Below, piece by piece: positions 48,441-62,453 of a stretch of 64,000 nucleotides of DNA. Below the pieces are notes generated by a model. The model saw only the letters and a list, made by a program, of their open reading frames with translations, was not told where the DNA came from and did no database searches. Position 1 is the first letter of the stretch. Each line of letters begins with the position of its first letter. This DNA is from Octopus sinensis (Eukaryota): the NCBI RefSeq assembly GCF_006345805.1, contig NC_043008.1, forward strand, positions 69,998,001 to 70,062,000. Reading direction: 5' to 3'. A program made the position numbers and the translations under genes.

Positions 48441-48946
48441 GCAGTATCGCCCGGCATTGCTCGGGTTGTAAGGGAAATAACTATATAAGCATTTTTAGAG
48501 AGTTACTTCCCTTATAGATGCCAATTTGGGCTTTCTTAGCCATTTCTGTTTTGGTGTCTTCAAGCCATGAAGTCGTTGTTCTAAAAGAACGCTGGTCTCC
48601 TTGACAACGCTTTACGACGTTAATTTCCTTACACTCCCTTCCCCACAGCTTACGAGGGAGGGAAGAAGGGGGAGAAGCAAACAGGTGCAGGTGTGACCAT
48701 GGACGCAACTCCGCTGCCATCGACACACGAAAAAATATGCATTAAAATGGAATAAAAAATGATGTTAAATTATTTTAAAATCGTAGACTCATTGTAGACG
48801 CGCGCTAATACTCAGACGGGCTCGATATGAATCACGACTATAAGATACCCGAATTTGGTTAAACTGCACCGCAAAATGTGGGAGTAGTTAGGAATCTAAA
48901 TCGAAGGGGACAGACACTTACACAACTACAGTTTTATATATATAGA
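48438..48946 (-). mobile_element. Non-autonomous Helitron, 509 bp
   Basis: Minus strand starts A|TCTATATATATAAAACTG and ends with a GC hairpin (CCCGAGCAATGCCGGG), then CGATACTG-CTAA|T (CTAG with one change); inserted between A and T. Confidence 0.85.
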
Positions 48947-48989
48947 TGTGTGTGTGTGTATGAATCTGTGTATCTTTGCTGATAGTTCT

Positions 48990-49694
48990 AATTACTGTGT
49001 CCGGACATCTTAGTAGACCTAAACTTATACACATTTTAAAATTAATCTTATTCTGATTATAGGAGCAGTTTCTGGATTTCTTTCCCTAAATAGGTTTTGG
49101 TTGTGGAGTACAAGTGCTAAATTGTATATTTGTTAAAATTATGGAAATAATTGTGTTGTGGTGGAATGTTAGTTTTAAGTAAAGAAAAGAAAATTTTAGG
49201 CAGAAAGTTTTTACCTGGAGATTAAAAAGGGGGTTATACCAGGTAATTTTCATATTTCTGTTTTTTCTTTTAATGCTAGCATTCTGGAAGTGTGAATAGT
49301 GTTATTAGAGTTTGTAATAGACCTAATCCCTGAGAGGCTAGAGTCAATTAGAGTTATGTAAGAATGCTTTGTTTGTCTAGGTTTGTGACTTGATTAATGT
49401 GCACTTTCATAGTGTAGAATTCTAGTTTGTTTAGGAATGTTGGTTTCGGTATATAATCGATCTTTACAGAGTATCCCCTTCTGTTAAGAGCTTCATTATA
49501 ATAGCCAGCTATGTTGTTGAAATTATGCTTATTTGCAGATAACTTAGAGATTCTAATAGACATGCTTTTGACTATTTGATTTATGATTGATGTAGGATGA
49601 TTGGAATGTGAGTGGATGTATTGCAATGTTTTGTTAGGCTTGTGTAAGGATAGTATAGACCTGATGAGATGTTAGGGGCTATGTCTAAGAAGTT

Positions 49695-49700
<6 letters not shown>
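48990..49700 (-). pseudogene. Decayed Penelope-like element RT C-terminal region
   Basis: VNFLDI...GLYYPY..KPN..QYIHSHSNHPTSIINQIVKSMSIRISKLS...YYNEAL...GY is characteristic of PLE RT; frameshifted and split by (TA)n. Confidence 0.8.
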
Positions 49701-49732
<32 letters not shown>

Positions 49733-50495
49733 TATATATTCTCAAACATATCAAAATGTACATGCATATATGTATGCACATGCATACATGTAGAGAGATT
49801 TTCATGGATATAAATAAAGTACAATAAAACACTATAATTAAAACAATTTTTAAAAATGAAACTTCAAATATATTCTGGCTAGGTTGTGTTTCTGTCTTTC
49901 TGGAGCCCTCCAGAAATACTTTCACCACATTTACATTTCTCAAATTGAGTTTGAGTGCAACCAAGTGTACTCTTAAGCATTGTTTTAGTATGCAATTGTC
50001 TAATAACTCTACCAATACTAATAACTGTGTATGGAATGATGAATAGTTTGTCACTGAGAAGGATTTGAACTCATGTTTTAGCAAACTTTTGGTTCAATTG
50101 CTTGTACAAAAGTTATCTAATTTTTGGAAGAATTATATATAATCTATTGATCAGCTTAAATAAAAAGATTTACCCTAAATTCCCACTCTAGTATCATTTC
50201 AAGTCAACATTCTGATTGTCTGTGGGCGGTACACAGGGTATACCATATCAATTTCTAAAGAGATTTGTGCAAATACCTAAATTTGCAGATATATCCAATT
50301 TGTTGAATAGATTAGAAGGAAAATGAAACTAATTGATACGTACATGTTTGAAGATTATCTTGCTTGTTTTTTTCTACATGAAGCACATGTATATATACAC
50401 ATATTCACATGCACACATACACACACTCATGCAGAAATGCTTGCACACAGGTGTGTATGTGTGTATCTATATATGCATGAATGTGTGTGTATGTG

Positions 50496-50527
<32 letters not shown>

Positions 50528-51416
50528 TATATGTGCATGTATGTATGTATACGTGTGTATATATATATATATACATACTTTTTGGCAAACCCAGGCACAC
50601 TTGTTTGTGCAAGTGTATATATATATGTGTGTGAATGTGTATGTGTGTTTAAATTCTATTCATTTAAGATGACATATCTATAACCGCCCTCAAGGTTCTG
50701 TTAGGGAATGATATCTAGAAAAATAATTAAATAAAAAGATGAATAAACTAAAACATCAACAATTACAAAATGCATAGAATAATATAAAATGAAATAAATT
50801 TGAAAATTAAAACAAAAAAAGGCACTGAATCTGTGTGATATTCACAGGAGAAATTTCTTGCTACGTCTTTATTTTATAAAATATCTGTCAAGTAAATAAA
50901 TAAATATAATAAATAATAATAATAATGAAAATAATACTACTGTTATGATAATGATTATGTTGATGATGAAGTTATAATAATAATAAAAATAATAAAAATA
51001 ATAATGATAATAATAATAATAAAGGCTAAATAGGAATTCTTCAAAAATTGAATTAAAAAAGTAGAGCATCCTCTCCATGCTTGAAGATAAGAGAACGTAC
51101 ATCTTTTGTTGTTGTTGATGTTGTTGGTATTATTTACTTGTTTTTAATGTTTTTTGTTTCTTATTCATTATATTCTTTAGTAGATTGGAAAATAATTAAT
51201 TTAGATATCAGTGTTCATTATTCTCATTATCTTTAATCTAGTTATTGAAAGACTTTCCTCTTCCTTATTTCAACAGCATGCATGTCTTAATAAATCAAAA
51301 ATATGTATGAATACGTGTATGTCTTAGTGTGTGTGTGTTTATGTGTATATATGTATGCATAACTGTGTGCGTGTATATATATATATATGTATGTATGTAT
51401 GTATGTATTATTTGTT

Positions 51417-51462
<46 letters not shown>

Positions 51463-51479
51463 TGTATGTATGTATTATT

Positions 51480-51527
<48 letters not shown>

Positions 51528-51558
51528 ACACACATTTATGTATATGTATCTATATATT

Positions 51559-51597
<39 letters not shown>

Positions 51598-52994
51598 TTG
51601 TATATATGTATACATATCTAAATGTGTATCATACACACAAACACATATACCATATATATGATTTTAATTTTTAACTCAGTACACTATAGGATCTACTAAA
51701 GGGCCAACAGTTTCATGCTAGTGTAGTTATCAGTTTCTTAAGTGCCTTGTCCTTGAGTAATTCTTTATGTATTCTCATTTAAGAAATATATGTGTGTGTG
51801 TGTGTGTGTATGCGTGTGTGTGTGTATGCGTGTGTGTGTGTGTGTGTATATATATATACACACACACACACATATATTTCATTTGTTTGTTTGTTTTAAG
51901 CCTGTTCTTTCATTCTATCATGGATTAGAGTAAAATATCTTTGAAGCATTGTTGAACAGCTGGATTCATTTCCTGTTGCTAAACCTTTTTTTTCAAGTAA
52001 GAGGTCACGTATTTCATGTCTCTGAAGATGCAGAGACAGCGGAAATCATAGTAACAACAAACTCGCTCATAGTGAGTCACTTTTGTAGTGCTCAAATTCT
52101 TAAAAACTCACATGCAATTACATGTATTTGTGATGGGCTTCTTTAAGTTTCCATCTACCAAATTCACTTATAAGGCTTTGTTCAGTCTAGGGCTATGGAA
52201 GAAAACACTAACCCAAAGTGCAGCACAATGGATTTGAACCTGAAACCCCATAATTAGAAAGTGAATCTCTTAACACACAGCCTTATCTGCACCATATATC
52301 ATATTTGTGAAGAATACCATGATTATAAAACAAAAGCAAGATATGAAAAATAAAAGACAGTAAAATTCCTCTCAACCTGCAGCTAATTTTTTTTCCAAAA
52401 CAAGTTCTTTATCAAATGAAATTCCTGTTTCTTTTGTTAGAAGGAACATTTAAGCATTTCATTACATTTTCATTTTATTTTATTTTACTTTAGTGTCATC
52501 TTTTAGCTGTCAATATTTTGCCTTCTTGTGAAACCAGTTAAGTAGTTGGCAGAGAGAGTGTAGAGCTGAACAAATTGATCTATGGATAACATAAGTAGTG
52601 ACAATCATTCTCCTAGTGTTAAATTCAATCACCCAGATGCTCTCCTTACAAATTCTATAGATGTCTGTCAATATAAGAGGTCATTTTCATTAATATTTTG
52701 ATAATGAAATCATTAGAATGACACAGTAGTTTTAATGTCACTTGACATAATAGGTTAAAATGCTACAGGCTTTGGCTGTAACTTTCATCTTAGCTCCCAT
52801 GTGTTGTTATTCCTTAACCTCAGGTCTACCCTAACTGAGCGCATTGATGATAAAGAGGGTTTCACCTATGTCTATCCTTTATTTCAAATCTAGACATACT
52901 GTATCTAGGAATATATTATCCTGTTTGTTAATTTTTCATGCACATTTTTCCAGGGTAGCATGGGTTATATAGTTGAAATTTATATATATACACT

Positions 52995-53310
52995 GGCACT
53001 CGGTTGATTATGATGATGAGTGTTTCAGTTGATCTGATCAGCAGAACAGTCTACTCATCTAGTGCCTGAGTGCTCCACAGACGCACATACCCTTAATGTA
53101 GTTCTCAGGGAGATTCAGTGTCAAACACAATGTGACAAGGCTAGCCCTTTGAATTACAGGTACTATTCATTTTTGCCATCTGACTGGACTGGGGCAATGT
53201 GAAATAAAGTCTCCTACTCTAAGACACAATGCATCACCAGGGATTGAACTCATGGCTTTGTAATTATGAGCTGAATACTCTAAGCACTAAGCTATACACC
53301 TTCACTAAAC
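52995..53310 (-). mobile_element. Family E SINE
   Basis: Reverse complement of 35062-35380 (GTGACAAGGCTAGCCCTTTGAAT; GGGATTGAACTC B-box). Confidence 0.7.
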
Positions 53311-54344
53311 ACATGCACATGTGATGAGTTTTTTCTAGTTTCCATCTGCTAAATATACTTGTAAGGCTTTAGTCAACCCAGAGCCACTGTAGAAAACACT
53401 TGCTCTTGGTGCTACACAGTAAGATTATGGGACCAAACCTGAAACTATGTTTTGGGAAGCACACTTTTTAAACCACACAGACATGCATGAACTTAGAAAG
53501 GTTATCATGATATCTGCTCCAGTGTTTGATACCTTTTACATTGGCACCAGCACTAGAAGGGTTACTTTGCCCCTACCGAGATTAAAGAGCCTTCTCTACC
53601 CCATATTTTCTGCAATTAATCATTCATCAATATCAGTTGGGTAACTTGTTGCCTTGTTTTTCATGAAAATAAAATATGTCAGCTTTTTTACGAGTGTTTC
53701 CTCTAAGCATTGCTTTTGTGGACATAGAACATCCTTTGAAACAATCAAAAGAAAAAGTGTACACACAAACACTCACACCCACCCACCAGGTTTTCAAGGA
53801 GAAATCAGTTGTTCATTTAATTGAAGAAATTTGAGCAATGGTTACTTGCTAAATGGATGCAATGAAAGACAAAATTTGCATATAAGCAAATTACTATACA
53901 CTCACATTACAATTGATTACAGAAGACATTGTTCTTCATCTGTATTCAATCCATTGTCAGATTGTTATGAGGGTTTTTAGAAAGACACATTTCAATTGTA
54001 TATATATATTATAGATATATGAAATTTAAGAAATGACAAAGGAAGAGGAAATTATACAATCACCTTCATTAGCTAACAGCTGTTTCTGCTATAAAATCCA
54101 ATGCCATTATAGCTGAGTGCTTGTGTTTCATTATCTAGCTTACTCAAAGCTTCTAACAGTCTGTCTGTCTATATGCAAATATAAATGCATGTGCACAGAG
54201 ACGCACATATGTGTATATATACACGTGTGTACACTATATAATATATATATTTATATTTATGTATGCTTATATAGTATACATGTATATGTGTATATTTAAA
54301 TGCATACATGTACATACTCACACACACAAACACACACATTATTA

Positions 54345-55470
54345 TTGTTATATTTTTAACCTTTGTTTTGTATTTGTACAAGTTGACTCCAAGTCTCACC
54401 CAGAGACCTCAAGAGATAACAGGTTAGAAGTTCAAGTTGATGCTATGACTAGGGTGCCATATATTTGATTTTGCACAAAATATTGTTCTAGAGAATGTTT
54501 AAGAAAACATAAGACAACCATAAGTTTTTTTTAAATTTGAGATTACATAGGCAGAATTTTATGTATGACATGGGCAGTTCCCTTGAGCACTATTTTTTGA
54601 ATTTCTGCCATTTTTAGATTTCCTGGCATCTGAGCTAGGTAGCAATCAGCATCTTTTGCTATCATTCCTAGGGCACCTATGACAACAGGTATTGTTTTAG
54701 TTTTGTGGTTCCACATTTTGACAATTTTTATTTCAAGATCTTTATACTTGCTCAATTTTTGCTTGATCTTGACAGTTGCATTTATGTTGACTGGGACAGT
54801 CATATCAATGAGAAGTTATGATTTTTATCTGAAGTCTTTCAATATAATGTCTGGCCTATTCGCGTCTATCTTTCAATCAGTTTGAATGGTGAAGTTCCAG
54901 AGGAGTGAGATGTGATCATTTTTGGTTTGTGTTTCCACCAGTTTTTATCATGGGGCAGGTCCAGGTTTTTACAAATTATCCAGTGAATATATTGTGCTGC
55001 TCTATCATGCCTGTTGAGATACTCTGTAGGCACAAGAAGACTGCACATGGAGACAACATGATCAATGGTTTCATTTTGTTGTTTACATACATGACTTGTT
55101 GGGCTACTGCTGTTCTTTAACATGTTGGCTTTGTAGCTCCTTGTGCTGCTGTGATAAAGCCTTCAGTCTCTGATTTTAAGCCAGAAGACACTTAACCATT
55201 GATGGATAAGGGCTTTGTCAACATCAGCATTATTAGCTCTCTTTGGAAATTTGCCATTGAGAGGTTTTTCTTGCCATATATCAGCAAGAATAAATAAGGC
55301 AGCAGTTTTAGAATGGGTTTTCATATGCTTAGCTTTCTCTGTGTTTGTTTTCAGTTTGTCTAATTCTGGGATTTGTTGTATCTGGAATTCATTTAGATAT
55401 TTCTTTGCTTGTTTTATTACTGAGTATGATGTTTTCTTGTTTTAAAACAAGTTTTAACATCCAGTCATCA
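54345..55470 (-). mobile_element. RLE-type (R4/NeSL-like) LINE, 5'-truncated, in an (AAT)n tract
   Basis: CKQQNETIDHVVSMC knuckle, NRHDRAAQYIHW, RPDIILKD..DMTVP, KLSKYKDL, IPVVIGALG; frameshifts; (ATT)n at 55470-55560. Confidence 0.85.
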
Positions 55471-56376
55471 GTTTTATTATTGTTATTATTATTATTATTA
55501 TTATTTTTACTACTACTACTACTACTACTACTATTATTATTATTATTATTATGATGATGATGATTAGTTTATTTGCTTGAGTTTTTTTGTTAGATATTCT
55601 GTAACCTCTTCAATGATTTTTCTGTCCGTCATGTCTCCTCTTGTCTTGTCTATTCCATTTTGTCTTTTTGTGGTACAGAATGTGTCACAAATGAACTGAT
55701 GATAACAACAATGAAGCTAAAGTGTAGATTAAATATATAGTGCATGTGTTTAATTGGCGAAAGATGACCATCCCCAAATATAACAATACACTTACATGCA
55801 CACACACACACACATCGAAAACATCATCATCATTATCTTCACTGTCTTCATTTAGCAACCACTTTTAATAGCAATGCTTGCATGGGGTGGGTAGAGTTTT
55901 TAGAGGAAGATTTCCTGTGGCAGGCTGTCCTTACAGTCACTACCAACCATCACCTGTTTCCAAGAAGGGTAATTATTTCTCAATCACCAAACATATTCTC
56001 TAAGAATATCAGAAATGAATGACACTGCTTGTATGCCTGACAATCATTTACTACTGTCACACAATATCAAAATATGAAGACACAAACACATATGCATGCA
56101 CATGCACACACACATGTGCATACACACACACATGTGCATACACAAACACATGTGCACATACACATATGTGCACACACACATTTACAAATCTTTATTTATA
56201 TCCATATAGACACACTTGTACAAATATATGCATTGTATTATGTGTATGTAGATATGAATATATATATATGTTTTTATGTGTGTGTCTCTCTCTATATATA
56301 TAAACATATACATTTGTTTATATATATATGTATACACAAATATATATATTTGTTTATATATTGTTTATATATATAT

Positions 56377-56415
<39 letters not shown>

Positions 56416-56423
56416 ACACAATG

Positions 56424-56465
<42 letters not shown>

Positions 56466-56481
56466 TGTATACACAAATGTA

Positions 56482-56515
<34 letters not shown>

Positions 56516-56619
56516 GTATACACAAATGTATATATTATATATATGTATACACAAATGTATATATATATATATTTGTATGTACATATGCATGTATGTATGT
56601 ATGAGTTCCCTCCACATGC

Positions 56620-56880
56620 ATAATCAACTTCACAACTTTTTACACAACTAACAGCCTCTGTACATCACATTTTCATACAAGTGCAGTTTTCACTTTTGCA
56701 TGCTACATCAGATTCCTCTTATAGCACATCATTCTCTCAGCCCATGAGCTCAGTTGTTCATATCATACCTCCAGCAGAACACGTTTGATATATTTCTCTC
56801 AGACTTGGTACATCTTCATCATTCAATACCCATGTTTCCCTCCCAGGCAGCATTACACTCAGCATGCAAGCATAATGCAA
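56620..56880 (-). pseudogene. Decayed RTE C-terminal fragment
   Basis: Minus translation ...MLPGRETWVLNDED...IRGI*CSMQK...SCVKK aligns by eye to the C-terminus of the intact ORF at 12247-14355. Confidence 0.65.
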
Positions 56881-57334
56881 TATACCCTAAATTTGTGAAA
56901 AGGAGCTTCTCATACATATGTACATATGTATGCATATATGTGTACATGCATGCAATATCTATATATGATTTAGGTATATATATATATTACTCACATGCAT
57001 GAGTGTGTGCATACACACATGCATCTTGTTTACTTTACACATATTTGTTTATTTATAGACATATATACACAAACACTCCCATATGCATACTCAGGTTCAC
57101 ATAATTTTAAGCTTGCCCATATGCATGCACTGGTGCTTGCACTCCCCCATACATTCACACAGACCATTCACTCATACACACATGCACTTGCACATGCCAC
57201 TTCAGCCAGGTCACTTTTATGTCCCCTTCCTTTGGCTTGTTTTCTTGCTGGTCATTTCATCATGTGAAACCATTAATTCCAACACATCTTTTTTATTCCT
57301 CTCTCTGTTTTTCTCTCATTCTCTATTTTTTTTC

Positions 57335-57455
57335 TTTTCATCCCTTTAAGTTGAAGAGTGTAGGCTTGAAACGTCAAAGGCTTTTCCATTCTTCCTCAGC
57401 GTCAAACTAATAAACCTGCTTGTTGTTTCCTCACCATCTGTCTCTTATTTTCTGT
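57335..57455 (+). mobile_element. Penelope-like terminal remnant with degenerate hammerhead motif
   Basis: 57344-57379: CTTT AAGTTGA A GAGT gtag GCTT GAA AC GT C AAAG; same family as 14339-14590. Confidence 0.55.
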
Positions 57456-59559
57456 ACATTTGAATGATGTATATATGTATATATGCTTATGTATATTGTG
57501 TGTGTGTATAAATAATTATTTATACATGAACAAACACACACACACATGCCTTAATATAGGTATATCTATATCTTATATTACATATAAACATACTCTTGCA
57601 TGTGTCTGTGTATATATATATATATATAGCATAAATTCACTTCTACAACACAAATACTAAAATAATCATAATTAAAATTCAATTATTGTAAACTTCAATT
57701 TAAAATATTTCTTCTTATTAGATTTAAGTTTAAATTTTATTTTTTCCCTAATCTCTATAAGCAATTATGTCTATTAATTAATTGACTCATTAATTATGTT
57801 AATTTGATTGGATACATGCAACTTGATGTTTAAACGTGTAGCAAAAACTGGCAGAACACGTATTAATAGATTTAATCAGAAACATGTGCTCCCGCACACA
57901 TACAAACGTTTGTATGTGTGTGTACGTATATGATTGTGTGTATGTATGTACGAGTATGTTTGTGTGTATGTGTGTGCACATATATGTTTATGTGTATGTG
58001 TGTTCATGTATATGTTTGTGTGTGTGTGTGCATGTATGTTTGTGTGTATGTGTGCATATATTTATGCATGTGAGTGCATGTGTGTGCATGCATGTATATG
58101 TGTGTATGTCTGTGTATATGTAGGTGTGTATGTATATGTTTGTGTGTATGTATGTCTGTATAATTATGCTTGTGTGTATGTGTGCACATGAGTGTTAAAT
58201 TTAAAAGATGACTGTGTTGTAGTTATATCTATTTTATCAAGTTTTCCTCTCATATTCCTATGAATTCTTTAAAACGGTAGAATTTCCAAACTGTTTCTAG
58301 AGAAGGCTAGGCCAAGATATTTTGAAAACAGGACCACATGAAACAAAGCTTATTATCCAGCAGGCTGTTCCAATTAAAGTGTTCAAGGTAATTTTTCATT
58401 AGGTGTGCTGCTCAGAAAGTTCTGCAGGCTACATGTTGCCTGTGACAGTTCTAGACCTTCATGGTTTCAATGTCTCAGCTACTATAAGATTGAGGTAACC
58501 GCACATGCGGTTAATTTCAAATTTTGGCACAATGCTAGCAATTTTGTGAGAAGGGGTTAAGTTAATAAATTCATTTTACAAAACTGAACATATCCAGCAT
58601 AAGGAATACAGTCTAGATATCTAGATCAGGACATTCTGTGACTCAATGTGACTACCATTTGATACCTAGGATGACTTCAGCCAAGTCCACTCTATTATAA
58701 GCATTTGAATGAGGTCTCTGGTTTGAGGATGCCTTCTTCCAACTCATCAGTCTGAGATACCTTATAAGGAACCATAGGCACTGTCTTCTCTCCTGACTAA
58801 AAGATAAAAGCACACACTGAACCTAAGATATAGAAATTTCAGAAAATTTTTATTTGTTCATTTATTGATTTATTGTGATGTGTATGAATTAAAACAGCTG
58901 TATAAAGAAGTGCTGATTGCTTAAAGTGGATGGCACTTGTGGAAGAGGGAGATCCAGAAAGACACGGGATGATGTAGTGAGGATTGATCTCAAGATGTTG
59001 GGCCTCATGAAGTAGATGACAATGGACCAAGATACCTAATGATATGAGATTCTTCAGAAGATCTGCTAACTCTAGCAAAACTGAGTTCCACCCACATGTA
59101 ATATTAAGTTTTCATATCTTACCATAATAACCCAAACTACATCCCCTCTCCTCTTCCTTATATTTCATCTTTTTCATGCCAGTCCTCCCTGCTCTACTGA
59201 CTGTTTAATTGCTATCCTGTTGTCCCCCTCCGTATACCCAGGTTTCACCAGTTACTGTATCTCTGCCTTCTTGCTGTCACATAAACTCCCTACTCATGCA
59301 CCCTTGACAATGCCCTACCATCCCATTTATACTTTCATTCCTGTACCTTTAGAATATGTCCTGGCACATTGCCATTTTCTCTCTCACTCTCTCACCACTT
59401 TGCTCTTTCACTCTCACATTATCACTCTCTCTCTCTCTCTCTTGCTCTCTCCCTCTGAGTTGGATAACCATGTATCTCCTCAACAGCATGATACCTGTTT
59501 CTGTTCCCTGGCACAAAGTCACCTCCTCCAATACTACCCACCTCTCAAAGGATCTTTGT

Positions 59560-60022
59560 CTTGCAAGTTACTTGGTGACCTCACCAGTGAGAGTGCCATG
59601 TAAAAAAATGCGTCCAGTTCATTTTAATAAGGTGGTTGGCATTCAGAAGGGCATCCAGCTGTAAAAACTATGCCAAAGCAGACCTCATCAAGGCTGGTGC
59701 CATGTAAAAAGTACCCAACCCACTCTGTAAAGTGGTTGGCATTAGGAAGGGCATCCAGCTTTAAAAACCATATCAAGACACATTGCCAGTGTTGGTGCAT
59801 CCAGCCATAAAAGCTATGCCAAACAGACCTTACCAGCACTAGTGCTAAGTAAAGTGTTTCCAGTCCACTCTGTAATGTGATTGGCATTAAGAAGGGCATC
59901 CAGTTGTAAAAAACATGCCACCACAACAGACAGTGGAACCTAGTTCTGTCCTCTGGCTTGCCAGCTCCTGTCAAACTGTCCACCACATACCAGCATGGGA
60001 AATAGATGTTACATGATGATGA
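59560..60022 (+). mobile_element. RTE 3'-UTR element with an internally triplicated module
   Basis: TTGGCATT..GAAGGGCATCCAG.T.TAAAAA occurs near 59633, 59731 and 59876, plus a partial copy near 59800. Confidence 0.75.
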
Positions 60023-61403
60023 TGTGTTTTTCTACTTATTCGTTTCTTTCCCTTCTTTCATTATACCTTGACTCTACATTTTTACTCCTAAGTTTTTCTT
60101 TCTTATTCACCTTTCCAATGCTTTCTGACCTGATATTAAATGAACAAACTCACTTATCAAACAAACTCTGCAACAAAACTATTCCCTAATTTCATCTTAT
60201 TAAAATATGTATATATACAGAATTGTAATTCAACACATTGGCCATTACTGGAATGAACACTTTCTGACCTTGTTTACCAATAAACTCCACATTTACTATT
60301 ATATGGTTTTATACATTCCTACCTACAATACCCATGATACCAGTGACTAATTCCTCTGCGGCCAAAGCAGCTTATAAGTTGAGTGATACAAATGTATGAA
60401 TTTAGTGAAGTCTAATGAAAATAACCAAAGTCAATTTAAGCAACATTGAAATATATATACACACACTCATGTAGTCTAACTCATGCCAGCATGGTAATGT
60501 TCATTAAATGATGATGATGATGATATACACAGTGGAAGCAACTTATTATAATGATGGATAATGTTATTAAACACTTACTGTTAGCAAAGTTAGTGGGTTT
60601 CAAACATGCTCATCATATTGTTATATCCTCTGGTTAATGTATGTGAAAGAGTGTATCTGTATACACACACACCACACACACACACGCGCGCGCATGCATA
60701 CACACACACACTCACACACTCATGCACATATCTAAATACATATATATATATATATATATATGCACGGAATGCAAATATATATATATATATATATATACAC
60801 AACTGCACATATACATAGCTAACTCATGCTAGCATTGAGAAATGGACATAAAAATGAATGAACAAACAACCACAGATGTGTAATACACGTACACACACAT
60901 TTACATATGTCTCAACACACGCATATATATATATATATACACTATTACACATTAGACACGAGACAAGAGGGAATGTAAGTTATTGGTTATATCAGACCTG
61001 ATAAAATTCAAAAGAGAAGCAAATATGTTACTTCTCTGATATTCATCTTGTTATCATTCTTTTAGCTACCATCATCGCCAACTCTTTCTCTCCTGTCTTC
61101 GCCCACCCTGCAAAAAATTCTTTCATACCAGCGCTAAATGTTTACATTTCACAGATTTATGAATGGATGGTTCTGTCTGCAGACTTTGGACATGTGTTAC
61201 GTACATATGTGTGTGTGTATGTGTTGTACAATTGTGTGGTTATGCGATCAAATCGACCCTGGAACTTATATCAGTCTGCAACATTTTTTCCTCTATCTCA
61301 ATATATTGAATAGCTCAGTTATCATTTAGTATAATAGGATGTAACTTGATGTGCTGATTTTTAAACATGGCTACAGACTAACACAAACACACACACACAC
61401 ATG

Positions 61404-61475
<72 letters not shown>

Positions 61476-61792
61476 TGCATATGTATATATATATACACAG
61501 ATATATATATATTTATATATATTCATATATATTATATACTTATATATATATGTATATATATATATGTGTGTGTGTGTATATGTTATGGATTATATGATTA
61601 TGAAAATTTTCACCCATTCATTCTTATGTTACTAGAGCTATGTGTAGTTATATATATATATAGATATATATATACATATATATATAATAATTATTATTTG
61701 AGGGAATATAAATCCAAACTTATATATATATATGGTGGTACTCCAGCATGGCCACAGTCAAATGACTGAAACAAGTAAAAGAATATATATAT

Positions 61793-62165
61793 TGGCTGTG
61801 TGGTAAGAAGCTTGTTTCCCAACCACATGATTCCAGGTTCAGTCCCACTATGTGACACCGTATGCAAGTGTCTTCTACTATTGCCTAAGGTTAGCAAAGT
61901 GGATTTGGTGGACGGAAACTGAAAGAAGCTCATCGTATATATATATATGTGTGTGTGTGCATACATATGTGTTTGTCCCCCTCCCCCACCATCGCTTGAC
62001 AACTGACGTTGGCATATCTACATTCCTGTAACTTAGCTGTTCGGCAAAAGAGACCAATAGAATAAGTACTAGGCTTACAAAGAATAAGTCCTCGGGTCGA
62101 TTTGTTCGACTAAAAGTGGTGTTCCAGCATGGCCACAGTCAAATGAATGAAACAAATAAAAGAAT
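61793..62165 (+). mobile_element. Family A SINE (an isolated tail fragment precedes it at 61735-61782)
   Basis: TGGCTGTGTGGTAAGAAG head, GGTTCAGTCCC B-box, full tail. Confidence 0.9.
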
Positions 62166-62396
62166 AAAAGAATATGTATACATATGTGTGTGTATATATA
62201 TATTTTGATGATGATGGTTATATATATATATTCAGTAGAATGAGTTGCCACATCAAAGTGGCAGTTGAATGTTACTACTAGTTTAACCCTAGGCAGATTC
62301 TCCACCAGGTAGTTTTCAATGCAGCATTCTGCATCCTTTCTATGCAATATATCACTAGCAGAAAGAGCGAACCCCTACTAACCTTTATCAGCTTAC

Positions 62397-62453
62397 ATGA
62401 TCGTGGGACTGACCCAGTTTCGAGCTAGTTGGCTCTTCATCAGCCGCACACAC
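62397..62453 (-). ncRNA. Candidate type I hammerhead ribozyme
   Basis: CUGAUGA + one extra A + stem II GAGC/GCUC (loop CAACUA) + GAA + stem III ACUG/CAGU (loop GGU) + C17. Predicted cut GUC between 62407 and 62406. Stem I is short (GG/CC, mismatch, G-C, U-G). Confidence 0.65.
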
